A stretch of DNA of 64,000 nt. It comes from Nemertoderma westbladi (lineage: Eukaryota; Animalia; Xenacoelomorpha). This document shows positions 10,901 through 23,323 of the stretch, piece by piece. Below the pieces are notes generated by a model. The model made no database searches and had not been told where the DNA came from. It saw nothing but the letters and a program-made list of their open reading frames with translations. The stretch is from positions 49,339-113,338 of the forward strand of contig JAUCBJ010000989.1 of NCBI GenBank assembly GCA_032718475.1, written 5' to 3'. Positions within the stretch are counted from its first letter, which is position 1. Every line of letters begins with the position of its first letter. The position numbers and the translations under genes were made by a program.

Positions 10901-13900
10901 CTGGATGGTCATCCAGTACTCCACCGGTTTCTGGTTGAGGTCTCCTTCGGGCCACCACAGAAATCGTAGACTATCTCGATCCCTATCTAGCACCTTGACT
11001 TGTAAGAACATGCCTTCTATATCGGAGGCGAAAGCAATCGAATATTGTCTCAATCTTAAAAGAATTCCCAACAAAGATTGAAGTAAGTTGGGTCCGGGTA
11101 ACAATTCAGAGTTAAGGGATTGACCCATGTAAAGAGCGGAGCCATCAAACACTACTCTCACTTCATGTGGTTTACCGGGTTTAGGAACGTAATGGTGAGT
11201 TAAGTAATACGTTCTTTCAGTCACAGGTGTTTCTTCCGGTACTCTCTCCGCGTATCCCTTACTAATAAATTTCTCCAGCTGTGTTTGATACATTTCTTTA
11301 GCTGAAGAATTAGCCGTAAGGCGTCGATGGAGTTGCGCGATTCTTTTTTCCGCCAAGGGTCTGTTATTGATGAACTTCGGTTCTCTCTTGCGGAAAGGTA
11401 GACCGACTTCGTACCTACCTTGATCTTTGAGGAAACGTGTAGTTGTCTCTTGGATCTGCTTGGCCCTTTCCTCTTCCACCGATAAGGCTTTATCGTAGGA
11501 ATTGGGCTCTACCGCCTCTTGCGTTAAGAATCGTACGGCATGTTCATCTCGAGTCTGGGCATTATAACGCTCAATGACGTCATTTAACTCGTCGTTATAA
11601 GCTTCTCATTCAGATGGATAGAGAAGTTGACATAAGTTCACTTGGTTTTGCCAAGCCTCGTTTTCCTTAAGGAGATCGATGGTATTCTCCTCATCAAAAA
11701 GCTGGTGAACGTTGTCGTTATCTGAGGAGTATGGAGTTCCCTCAGTTAGATCGTCTCCCTCACTAGTATCATCTTCCCATTCACTCACCTGGCAGACGCG
11801 ATCTTGCGGTAGTCTTTCTCTGAGTGTTCTTCGGGAAGGTCCAGTAAGGTACCAACCTACTCTAGTTCTTACCGCATAGGTCTGAAGTGGTTGCGGTTGA
11901 GCAGGTCGTTTCTCTAATGTCTCCAGCGCCTCATGCGCGTTTTGACCGATTAATATTTGTACTCCAGGATAATCGGTGTCGAATCTAGGGATGTCAAGTT
12001 GGTGGACATGATCATCTTCGTCCCAATTATAAGGTTCCACTTGGGTGGTAGCGAAGTTCTTTATTGCCACCATTTTGACTGACCTGATACTGTGTTCTCC
12101 TAGTTTATCCTGTGGAGTGGACAACTCACCTATATAATAGTCGGCAGCTACAGTAGATTTCCAAACCTGCATGATTCCTGACATATTTAGCTTGGTTCGG
12201 AACTTGGGTTGTCCAGCGAAGATGTCTTCGGCTAGTTCTTTATCAATGAATGTTCCTGTGCGGCCGGAGTCCAGGAGGGCGTTCACTATATAGCTCTTCT
12301 GAGGTCCATGGACCCGTAACTGGACTACAGGAAATTCTCGGATTCCTACATCGGAAGTTGGTGCTTTCCAAGATTGTTGTTGATCCGAAGTAGTTAAGGT
12401 AAAGTCGTTGTCTGTATTTTTTTCATACATGAGCGCTCGATACACAGCGGTATTTATCATATAGCAGGATTCGTTTTCGTCGGAGAACTCGTCCGTATAG
12501 AATCCTTCCATCTCAGAACCTTGGTCGGTGTCGTTCACATCACTGAATTGGACATGTAATTCGGAATCGCTTACCTGACTCGGGTTGGTTCGCTCGAATT
12601 CAGTGTGCAACAAGAGATGATGCTTCGCACCACACTTAGCACACCTTATGTCAGAGTAACAGGTTCGCCGTTGATGTCCTTGTCTGAGACAATTGTAACA
12701 CAACCGCTTATCCCACATGACGTCCCGTCTCTCTTTTAATGATTTCTTTAAGAATTCATCGCACATATTCAAGCGGTGAGTCCCGTCACATAGTACACAT
12801 TTAGGTTTGATGTTACTGACCTTATTTTGGGTGACATTGTGCACACTCGTTCTTTCTTCTGACTTTCTCACCTGAATTCTTTTAGGAGACGTAGGAGGGG
12901 TTTTTCGTACCGGTTCCCTTCTGTCATTGGGTCGAGACTTGGATTTACTTACCTGGTCTTTAGGCATTTTATTGACATAATAAGATCTATCAGTGTCTTT
13001 TCCGCTATCCTCTCCTTGAGAAGTCTGGCTTTCGCCATTGTCGGTATAACACACTGGTGTTACTTTTCTCCTGGAAAGGGGTTTCTCACTTACCTTGTTT
13101 TCCGGTGTCTTCTCTCTGGACTGCTTGAGGAGTTGCAATTTCACTTCTCCATCCAAGAATGACATGAGATCAGCCATGGTAGGGTCTCGTCATTGTTGTT
13201 CCATCATATATAGTACTTTCTTATCCCAGCGTGTGCCTACCCCGCCTTTCGGTAAAGTAGAAGCCACAGCTCCAATGACCATAGAACTTTGGTATTCATG
13301 AGACTTACCTAACCAATCTAATTGTCTACAGATCTCTTGAATCTCATCGGAAAACTCTATTATCCCACTGCTGATGAACTTTCTGGGCGCTACTAATTTT
13401 GCATATAAATACTTAGCGATATTATTCCTATTACCATACTTGATGTTCAGTGTGTCCCAAACTTGTCTTAATCCGTCTGGATGTCCAATAAACTTTAACG
13501 CCATTGACTTGGGAGATCCTTCCAAGCACTCGATGAGGAATCTAAGTTTCTCTCCGTTGGATAGCACAGAGTCCTGTATGTTATCTTTATAATATTCATT
13601 AAAAGGTAACCATTTCATCTCATCTCCATTAAACTTGACGATCTCTCCAACCTTTACCGCTTGCCGGGCTTCGGTTCTAGCCATTTGTCGTGTAAAACTT
13701 TCTTGGGCCATCGTATTATTGAATAGAGAATTATCGGTATATAAATTTCTCGGATTATGATCAGGTCTATATGGAATATCGCTGTCAACAGGTCTATAAT
13801 TACCCTTAATAGGGTTTACTATAGGAGTTTCTACTTCGCTAGCAGTATAGATGCGTGTAGGCTCCACACCTTGCGCATGGGATACTTCAGACCTAACGGG

Positions 13901-15964
13901 TTGACACATTGTTACAGAGGGTGGTGGTATACCCTTTTGTAAATTTACTAATTTATCGCGTTCTAACGCGATACTTTGCTGCACTTCTTGCAACTCTAGT
14001 TTACTTTCCCTTACTGTCCCCTTGAGTTGGTGGACAGTCTCCTGCATCTGTCCGAGCAGGAGACTCATCCCTCGCCGCCCCTCATCTACCCAATCCACCG
14101 CCGAAGCGGGATCCGCCAACGTCGTAGCGGGCAGACGAGGGACCACGGGCGATAAATCCATTCGCTCGGAGTCCATGACAGGAACCGTTTCAAGGGCTGT
14201 TCTACTAGGCAAAGATGGCACAGATAGTTTTGTGCTGTGCAAAGGGAATCTAGAGCTTGTTTCCGGGAGTACAGGTGTCTCTAGCACCGAAGGGTTGGCT
14301 TCGAGAACAGGCCTAATTATTTCAGGCTCATCTACTATAGTAGGGAGTCTGTTTACAGTAATCTGGTCTGTGGGTTCTGTACTACCTACGGCTGTGCTAG
14401 CTAATTGTCTTCTAACAGCAGGGGGCAAATGGGGCAATTTATGACGGTGAGATGTTTTCCTACGCCTGCTGAGACGAGATCTATTTCCTCCGCTTTCAGG
14501 ATCGGTGGTATCTCCCTCTTCTGATGATGTATAACCTTGGCGTTTGGAAGTAGATCGATTCATCATCTGCATTCGATTATCAGTTAACTTTTTATTTATG
14601 TGGTCTTGCGTCTCTTGCAGATTTTCCAACTCTAGTTGGGTAGCCTCTTCAGACGCTCTTCATTCGGCTTCTACCATTGCCTCTGCTGCTTTTCTGTCTG
14701 CTTCGGCCGCCTTTCTGTCTGCTTCGGCCGCCTTTCTGTCTGCTTCGGCCGTTGCTATTGCCGCTGCTACTGCTGCTGCCTTTCTGTTTTCTATCTGCCT
14801 TTTCTTTACTTGTTCTTCTTGGGCTCTAGCTATGCTGAGACGTTCATCAAATTTAGCTTGGTTTGCAGCTAACATTTCAGTATCGATTGCGTCCAACACA
14901 TGCTTGGCTCCCTCACTATTAGGGGAAAGTCCAGCCAGCCGCCTCCTCAACTCATCGTCTCCTAGAAATCGCTGATAGTCGGACAAATAAATGTCAATAG
15001 CGTCTCTAGTTCGCGGCTTCTCTGCTGCTATTACTTCGCTTTCCACTTGAGAAAAGGTGGCATCGGTTAATTCTTCATAGTGGTAGGGGCGCTCAGCCAA
15101 CTGAGCCTTCCACCTGTCGGTTTCTTGAACCTTGAGGCTCACCCGCTGGAACCAAGTCTTGACAGGAACTTGCAACGACGTGTCCTGCTTTCTTTTGGAT
15201 GTTTCTTCAAAAGCTGATAGGATGAGTCTAATGCGTAGAGTTCTTTCGCGTACTTGATAAAGCAGCTTTTCCTGCTCTTGAGGTCCTCGTTGTTGTTGAA
15301 ACAGTTGTTCTTCTAATCACTCCAAAGAACCGAAGAACCCTTGTACATATCCAGCTGCCGACCTCTTCCAAACAGCTGGATCAACGGTGTCCTCAGCCAC
15401 TCCCATCCGGTGTATATCATCCCAGGTGGCTTCTGACAGGTTAAACGGGAGTCCGAGTCCCGGGAAGTTCCATTGTGATTCGACAATGGACATCAGTTCT
15501 TCCTTCGAATATCCCGCATAATCATCTTTAGTCGACTGCCCACTTCTAACCCAATCATGTTGGTGTTCTTCTACCGCAACTAACACCGTAGTGAGTACTG
15601 CTGCCGGAAGAACTAGAAGGGGGTCCTCGTAAACCGTATCCGCCATCTTCGCTCCGCGTTCGGGCATTAACTCAACAGTATCCGAACTACTGGAGCTATC
15701 GGGCCGCTGAGAACTAGGTTCTTGGCTAGGAGGTTGCTGCTGATTGGCAGCTGCTTCTTGATCCCGCTTGACTTGGGCCCGCGTGCCGATGATAGACCTA
15801 TGGTGTTGGATTAGCTTAGGGTCTGATATCACTACAGGAGGGATAACCTTCCTTACAGTAGGAGGTGAGCTGAACTTAGGTCTCGTCGGTTCCACACCCC
15901 TATCTGAGTCACAGATGGTGGTATCTAGAGGACTGTCTGATAGGTTCTGCTTTGTGTCAGACAT
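7907..15964 (-). pseudogene. BEL/Pao gag-pol (2686 codons, one frame) with four in-frame TGA stops
   Basis: ORF pieces 15964-15317, 15175-14660, 14629-13190, 13177-11606 and 11479-7907 share one frame and are colinear with the intact 2731-aa copy; motifs LLDSG, YMDD, FGDAS, GVDLFGP/SDKGTNF/WERLIRSVK. Confidence 0.93.
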
Positions 15965-16103
15965 TTCGGTTTATACAGTTGAGTGCCTACTGCTATAAAT
16001 ACAGCTAAAGCAAGTCTAGTAATTCAGTATCACTGATAGCCTAGTAATCAATTACTTATACTGCTACTCAGTGTAGCTGTATATGTACACACAATATATT
16101 AGA

Positions 16104-16347
16104 ATACCGGTATACACTTAGAGTATATAAGTATTATTACAGGCTAGGTTTGTTTCAGAATACCGGTATGTGATTTCGGCACAAATATATATAAGTATAT
16201 AATAGGCCTATCTGGAATACCGGTATACAGCTTACACTTATCGTATATAAGTATAATTATGGATTAGAATTAATTACAGAATACCGGTATGATTTCAGCC
16301 TAAATTTATAGAAATAAATATAATAAGCCTATTGCAAATACCGGTAT
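16104..16347. repeat. Five phased ATACCGGTAT palindromes in the BEL 5' leader
   Basis: Starts at 16104, 16160, 16217, 16281, 16338. Confidence 0.8.
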
Positions 16348-17913
16348 GTCAATTATTTTAAATAATTGAATTTCTGAATTTTAGGAGTTACTTAGGTTAC
16401 TTAGTTACTTTTCTTACTCTATTACCGTTACTTGAGCAATAGTCCAACTGATATTGAGACCTAATTGTTGTATGGCAGGCCTACTATTTATAAATCGTTT
16501 GAGTTGATTTATAATATATATATACCCGTTTAAATGGGTTTTTGTCAATGTTTGAAATAAATGTTATTATTTCTGGGGAAGTCACTACACAGAAGCTGTG
16601 CGCTCTCAGTGAAGTGCTACTTGTTGGACACTAAAACAAATAATTCTAATTTGCTTAAGTTACTTATTACTACAAATTACATACAAAATCGAGGTGAGAT
16701 TACAATCTCTAAATAAACACAAAAATTACAAATACACAAATACGAATTTTTAGGGTAATTTTACAAGAAGTCTACTAACCAGCCTAACAAAGGGTTAGAA
16801 TATCTGGTTATTACAACGGACAGGATACTACGGTATTTGAAAATAATAAGTAGTAGTAAATATACTGCGTTGTCCAGATAGGAAAAATACCACCGTCTGA
16901 TGACCTATAGCCGTATCGCTATAGGTACTACGTTATGTATCACGGAGTGTCCCTACCTAGAAGTTAATTACCGCGGTCTACCAGAACCAACGTGCCTATT
17001 AACCACCTTACAACACAGATATACTGCCTACACACTAATTGCTTTCGGAAAGCACTGTACACGAAACCCTAAATTAGGTACAAGTACTTATAAAACAGAT
17101 AACCAGCAGTTAGAAATACTTGAACAGCTAAAAGAACCAAGGTATCTGCTGGAGTGACCAAAGCACAAAATCTCCAGTCTTTACCTACGCCGAGCAGCCC
17201 TGATGTAGTACCGGGGTTAATTTAACTATAGCGGTATGTATAACAAGCACAATTACTGTAGGAATAAACTTGGGGACATGAATGTTGCGAATAATCGCAT
17301 AAACTCTGAATAAAAAATATTACGCAACGCGTACAAACTACTCAAACAAAATGCAGACTAAATGCTGACAGACTACTATCAAGCCTAAACAAACTACGGT
17401 ATGTGCAGACTCCGAAACGGTTAGTTAGTATGCGCGCTAACCGAGTAGTACGACTTATTCTTTAAGAGGGGGTTTACCTCACAGCACTGGAAGCCCCTAC
17501 TTACTAACTGGCACTTTATCGGACATGCACTCTACACACACTACAGTCCTTCAGACTTAACAACAGTCAGACAACAGCTCAGCCTACAAATTCTCTGTAC
17601 AATCTGAACAGGCTTACACGCCTTCTGCTCAATATTGGCCTACAAATAAATAAAACTGACAGAAATAAGTAAAATCTCAATAAAAAACCAGGGCGGCCGT
17701 TCCCTGATTAAGTACTAAGACCTACCGGTATAATAATCAAATCGAATAATACTAATGTACTTATACTGGAAGTACCGGTTAGGACAGTTGAGCCTACGGG
17801 CCTACAGCAGTACCGGTTCAGGCAGTTGGGCCTACAGACCTACAGCAGTACCGGTTCAGGTTTACCGGTCGACCGGTACTTTCAACTTTATTGCTTACTG
17901 CAATAAAGAAGCA

Positions 17914-17924
17914 ATATCCGTTAT
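17914..17924 (-). promoter_or_regulatory. Non-tRNA primer-binding-site equivalent (ATAACGGATAT)
   Basis: Abuts the 5' LTR end; no TGG; complementary to LTR-internal element-sense ATATCCGTTAT (plus-strand 1451-1461; 18682-18692 with one G:U); followed by a 9-bp hairpin at 17886-17908. Confidence 0.6.
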
Positions 17925-19148
17925 TGTTCGCGCTTTCAGACCTTTGGCAGTTTAACCCGCCAAATTAGGATGTCTTCTAGATAATAAATCGCTTTTAGCC
18001 TCTGACAAGTATTTGATTCACTACACTAGTCGAAACCAATCTGTGCGCGATCATTCACCCGCTGGATATACCCGGGAGATTGACTTCGACGGCTTAATCT
18101 TATTGCTATGTAAGCCTAATGTATTATTCGACTGACAGTATTATATAATCTCTGACAATATTATTCACCTTCGGGGAATATTAACAGTTCCTTTTGGACG
18201 TGGCGCTCTATCTATATAAACAGAGCTATGACTTAAACTACATGCAACGATATGGCTTAGTTATAATTCACATATATGGCGCATTCTTTAGGAAATGCTT
18301 CGTTATCAGTCTCACTCATACACAATGCTGCACAATACTGCACACTGATCTGCCGATCTTCACTGATTTTAGTCACATATAAAAGGAACACAGACCGACT
18401 CATGTAGGGTCTATCAAATAACATTAGATTCACTTCAAACCACTTTAACATAAGTCGCAATCGTTATATGTAACCTGTCTCTCTTACCTTCGGTATATCA
18501 AGAATATTGGGTTTTCGGGGTTATTTCTCGTTATTCCAAATATAATATTTCATCAACCATATAATGAAGAACCGACAGTAAATAGCAGAATAACAATATA
18601 AAAGGATGTACGATAAGATATATGCATTGCCCAGTTGAGTTTATTAAGTTAAGACAATCAGATTTGTTTTGATTTGATTTGATAACAGATATATGTCCTT
18701 ATAATTAAGCCTACTAGTGTTAGGCTAAAAGCAGAAAAACACAAATATTCCAAAAGCCGTTCTTTCCTGGCTCAGGACCGAAATGTAAACACTGCCAATA
18801 ATGCATTGCGTGATTTCTAGGAAATTTCTGTACAAGAGCAATAAAAACGCTCTGATTGGTTGACTGAACTAAGAGACACCGTAGAACAAAGAAAATCGAC
18901 ACGTATGCAGATCAGCTGTTAACCGTCGTCATAGTAACTACTGTTTCACGAGGATCCAGCTACTTTGCGTCATAGAATTGCCATAGAATCACCAACCATG
19001 TCTTCCAAAGTACACATACGGAAGAAATAGCCCTTAGGTCATCCAAAAAACACCGATACAGCAATAATACGGCTTCTTACGCCTACTAAACCAACTACAG
19101 AGTATTTTAAGGGAAAAATAACCGGGCAATTCCGCAAAAGCTTTTACA
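17925..19148 (-). repeat. 5' LTR of BEL copy 1
   Basis: 1224-bp direct repeat of 694-1917, flanked by TSD. Confidence 0.97.
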
Positions 19149-19630
19149 GTGGTGACAATTCCGATGAAGGTGATGTTTGCCCGTGTGTATCTCCTTATGG
19201 GCATCAATGTGCCGACGGTATTCAATGTGTGTTGACGAATCAACGTTGCGACGGTGTCAGCGATTGCAGTGATGGCAGCGACGAGAAGTGGTGCCCTTGT
19301 AAGGCAATTTACAATTGGCGTTGCGGATCCGGAGAATGTATTTATTATAACAAGTTGTGTAACGGAATCAACGACTGCGACGACGGGAGTGATGAATCAT
19401 CTTGTTGCGATACCACCGGCAAATTTCGTTGTCCAAACGGGAACTGTTTCAAAAACTACAAAATGTGTAAAGGGCCAGATCGTTGCGGGGATATGACGCT
19501 GGATGGCGCATGTTGTGACGTCGAAGATCCTTCAACCGTGTTTCAATGTCCGGATACCTTGGTTTGCATTAAAGCTAATAAAGTTGGGGATGGTATAAAA
19601 AACTGTCCAGGTGGAAGTGATGAACTGTAA
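19149..19630 (+). pseudogene. LDLa-repeat 3' part of the astacin-LDLa pseudogene (unit 1)
   Basis: CDGVSDCSDGSDE, CNGINDCDDGSDE, GDGIKNCPGGSDE LDL-receptor class A motifs. Confidence 0.85.
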
Positions 19631-19836
19631 ACCTCAAAACTGGTATACTGCACTTTCTTCTTAACGCTAAGACTCTTTATGTTGTGTTAAGATGCATGTA
19701 ATTTAAAATTATCATTGCACTAGACTCTTTGTTGGTTGACTGCACCGTTATCAACAAACTACAAAAAAAAAAAAATCCTATAAATTTAAGAATGAGTGAA
19801 AAAGAAAATTATGGTACATATATTTAATGTAGTACA

Positions 19837-20361
19837 TGTGGGGCGAGCCACGAAGTTGGCGGAGCCTTAGCGAATTGACACTGTTAGGGGGTGGGTTAAT
19901 TTATGCAAATAGTTGTCGTCGTCGTCGTCGTCGTCGTTGTCGTCGTCGTCGTCGTTGTCGTCGTCGTCGTCATTGTCGTCGTCGTTACGATTTTGACATG
20001 CTAATAACTTTGTCGGATTTAAAGCTGCCGAGTTGAAAATTTGTAGGTATCAATATGAGCAAAAGTTGAGATTTTTGAGAGACTTTCAGACACCATCAGT
20101 GCAATGGTCTCCCGCTAGAGGGCCACATGTCTAAACATTAAATGCCCTCCCATTTCTTTGCTTTTAATCCGTTTAAGCTGAAACTTGGCAGATATGTATT
20201 AGACCATTAGCTGTGACTTTCAAAGGAGGCGAATCCATCTGCAGTTCTCCAGTCTGCCGCTAGAGGGCCAACGTGACTATTTGCATAAATTGACCTACCC
20301 CCTAACAGTGTCAATTCGCTAAGGCTCTGCCAACTTCGTGCTGCGCGAAGTCCCCACTTCG
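19837..20361 (+). mobile_element. 525-bp non-autonomous element (Helentron/DINE-1-like or MITE)
   Basis: Absent from unit 2 (gtacatgtata at ~30250); ~65-bp subterminal inverted repeats (19849-19913 / 20276-20340), (GTC)n microsatellite, terminal hairpin CGAAGT-cccc-ACTTCG; no clear TSD. Confidence 0.75.
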
Positions 20362-20734
20362 TGTATAATATTAATGTAAAATTCTTAATTGTAATAGGCC
20401 TAATTTGTGATTTTAAGGTGGATGGGGTTCATTTCTAATGATAAGGCAAAATATCAATTATCTCTAAAATGAAAAAAAAACAATTACAATTTTTAAACAC
20501 GTCTCAAATACAAAAGAATTTTAAGCCGAGTTGAAGTGTGGCGATTCAGTAATTCTGAATGAGGTGTGCTGAGAAAGTACGATATCTTGCGAGGTGGCTG
20601 GGAGTTCATTCGCTCCCTATAGCAACTATGTGGGATTAGTGGTGTCGTGGAGTTAGGATACTTTAGAATCCAACTGCATCCTTATTTATTTAATATTATT
20701 TAATTATATTATATTTTATTGCAATGTAATTAAT

Positions 20735-21010
20735 TTAATTAATAATGTCAGCGTTAAACGCCGTAGTGAAATGATTGCCGAAGGTAGTTAGAATAGCGTT
20801 GCTATTGGCACCGCTGTTGGTGATTAAGTGGACGATGTTACGGAGGTTGGAAGGAAGAATAGGACCGGCGACCTCTAGATGGTAGACGAACTTGGAGTCG
20901 GCGGGATGGAATGCGTTCCTGGAGACCGCCTTCAGTCTAGCAACAGTCCCTCCCTGGAAGGGGGCGTTACTGAGCAACGTAGGGGACACCCCTTGCCCCG
21001 TCCAACGGCC
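20735..21010 (-). pseudogene. DONSON/humpty-dumpty-like C-terminal fragment (unit 1)
   Basis: GVSPTLLSNAPFQGGTVARLKA...YHLEVAGPILPSNLRNIVHLI...HFTTAFN resembles the recalled DONSON motif [20 protein letters not shown]...SLEITGPIMPHSL...TAVFN. Confidence 0.65.
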
Positions 21011-21868
21011 CCATCGTGTCCCCTGTATAGACCTTATCAATGCAAACCTTTGGGTTACCTTTGGGTTATCTGTTTTACCATATGCAAAGTACTCCATTTT
21101 CTCCCGATTTCCTGATATTCGAGAAAAAAAAGTAACAATTTAAGAAGACAATATTTTAATATAAATTTTGAGTATTTCTCACGACAATGTAATTCGTATA
21201 ATTCAACAAATTTATTTTGCAGGGATTGCGAATTGCTGCTTGGTCGATCCCTTTTATATTTACTTAACAGACTAAAAGTGAGAATATAAATCGAGGGTCA
21301 AGTTCAATAGCGTAGGAAAAATAATGTATGTAGGTGATCTGTAGGACTGCTGGGCCTGGGAGGTGCTGTACATAGCATAATGACGTGTATTGAGGACATA
21401 CAACACATTCATGAACGGTGTTATTCCCAGGTCTACCTACCGTTTGCCTTTACTGCGATGGAGAACGTTAGAAACTTAGACTGCAAGAATTCAAATGTTC
21501 CGATTTTACTAAACTGCATACTGTAGCGGAAAATAATAATGATAGCCCTGTAGAAATCAGACGTTCTACATGCCTTACTAAAAATATACCTACAGTAGAT
21601 ATATACATAAATACCAGTTATTTATTGCTATAGAACTGTGTTTCCAATGTAATTGTGTCTATTCTAGAAACTAATTTGTCCGTTCATCATTACTTGCTCA
21701 CAAATAATATACTAGTATCATGTAATTAGAAGCTAATTAATAAACAATTATTTAAAAGTAACAATTAAAACTGAATCTCACTTAAAAACAATTACCTCTT
21801 TCTACAGTAGCATAACTTATCATCCCAGTAGTTTATTTAAACATATTTAAGTACCGGAAGTTATTCTC

Positions 21869-23323
21869 ATGATGGGAGATCAGCATGGCCCTTCCAGAAA
21901 ACAGTCTTCACTGAAGCGACATCTCCCTTGTGCATCAGATAGTGAGAGCGACAACGGCTTAGGACATAAACGTTATATCCCCGGTGGTGATAGCGAAGAT
22001 GAAGTCATTGAGATCTCCAAAGAACTGCCAGATAACGAAGGTTCAACATCAACCCGATACCCTGATTGGGCAGCACTTCCACACGAACTTATTTCTAATT
22101 TGTTCAGCTATTTACCAGAATGCGATCGGTTGTCAGCCGGCGGAACTTGTCTCAAATGGAATGAGGCCCAGAAAGATGCGGGGCTTTGGAGAACGGGAGA
22201 TATTGCCATCAGTGGAGAACGGCATCACGATAAGAAAGAGATTGAAGTATTTAGACAATACGGAGTTCATATGGAAAAAGTTGCAATCCGTTGCTATGGG
22301 AGGCTAAGCAATAGACAACAGATGTTATGGCACCTCAGCCAATCAGTGGATCATCTTAAGGTATCCCAGCTAAAACAATTCCGTCTATGGATGGCTTCCC
22401 TCGGTATCTATGACACAAAAATATCGCAGCATTTAAATGAATTCTTCCGGTCACAGAAAGAGTTAGAAGACGTGACACTAAGAGATTTGCAAGTAAAGCC
22501 TTTAATTGACGGTGTTCGATTAATAGAAAGTTTGGTGAGACACAACCGCGGCTCTTTAAGGAAGATCATAATCGATGAATTAATTCATCCATCTGCCGCA
22601 TCTACTGCGAGGCCCATATCATCTGCTATGGGACCGCTCACTTCATTGAAGGCGTTGACGAACCTGAATATCAATTATAACTACTTGAATCCAGATATAT
22701 TAGAAAGAATTCTGACTAACAGTCCCCATCTAATATTATTGGTACTCCGCCTAGATCTGACTAGATCTGATAATGTTTTACCTGTTGCTGATAATAACAA
22801 CAGCCCGTGGAGAAAAGCCAACCCCGAGCTCTCGGTTCATATGCTGTTCTACTTCGAGACAGTTGACGTTCATTCGCTGATTCGCTTGATAAAAGGACGA
22901 CCTCCTCTGACGAAGTTCGAATTAGTTTCAGCTTGGATGGAAACAGGCGACGGCTTATCTATCCTATTCCGCTATCTAGGTGATCACATGGACCAATGTC
23001 TGAAAGAGTTGGTAATGGAGTGCGGGCAGGATGAAGAAATACGTGTTGACTTCGTTTCGATGGTAAGAGATTGTAAGAAGCTAGAGAGCATCACAATTAC
23101 GATGACTCTCAAAATTGAAGTTGTAACTGATATCTGTGAGCTGAAGTTCCAGCAAGAAATTATTCCAGAATTCAAGAAGTGTCACATCGCCTTCGCGGGT
23201 GTGGATAATGGGGTTGAATTGAGTATCCTGAACCGTCAATGGAATGATAAGATAAAAGCTAGCGGAGTTGATTTCCGTTTCAATAAGTTCGGAGATCCTA
23301 TGGAGATGGTGACTGTCGGTTAA
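21869..23323 (+). CDS. F-box/LRR-like protein, 484 aa, single-exon CDS (unit 1)
   Basis: F-box PDWAALPHELISNLFSYLPECDRLSAGGTCLKWN..LWR followed by LxxLxL repeats; possible splice acceptor ctctttctacag at ~21796-21807. Confidence 0.88.
   Translation: MMGDQHGPSRKQSSLKRHLPCASDSESDNGLGHKRYIPGGDSEDEVIEISKELPDNEGSTSTRYPDWAALPHELISNLFSYLPECDRLSAGGTCLKWNEAQKDAGLWRTGDIAISGERHHDKKEIEVFRQYGVHMEKVAIRCYGRLSNRQQMLWHLSQSVDHLKVSQLKQFRLWMASLGIYDTKISQHLNEFFRSQKELEDVTLRDLQVKPLIDGVRLIESLVRHNRGSLRKIIIDELIHPSAASTARPISSAMGPLTSLKALTNLNINYNYLNPDILERILTNSPHLILLVLRLDLTRSDNVLPVADNNNSPWRKANPELSVHMLFYFETVDVHSLIRLIKGRPPLTKFELVSAWMETGDGLSILFRYLGDHMDQCLKELVMECGQDEEIRVDFVSMVRDCKKLESITITMTLKIEVVTDICELKFQQEIIPEFKKCHIAFAGVDNGVELSILNRQWNDKIKASGVDFRFNKFGDPMEMVTVG

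Larger units (their letters stand above)
694..19148 (-). mobile_element. BEL/Pao LTR retrotransposon copy 1 (18455 bp) with extra ORF2
   Basis: 1224-bp LTRs with TG...CA ends, TSD GTGGT (689-693 and 19149-19153), empty site aattgtggtgacaat at ~29567-29581, Pao-type gag-PR-RT-RH-IN. Confidence 0.97.

Noticed and set aside
11606-15317. Programmed TGA readthrough or selenocysteine recoding in gag-pol
   Set aside because: The same positions are Arg codons in the intact copy; CpG deamination explains them.
16104-16347. CRISPR-like repeat-spacer array
   Set aside because: Repeats are only 10 bp, spacers are AT-rich and mutually related, no cas genes, and the context is a eukaryotic retrotransposon leader.
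19836-20036. Arg-rich protamine-like ORF
   Set aside because: Translation of the (GTC)n microsatellite inside a non-autonomous element.
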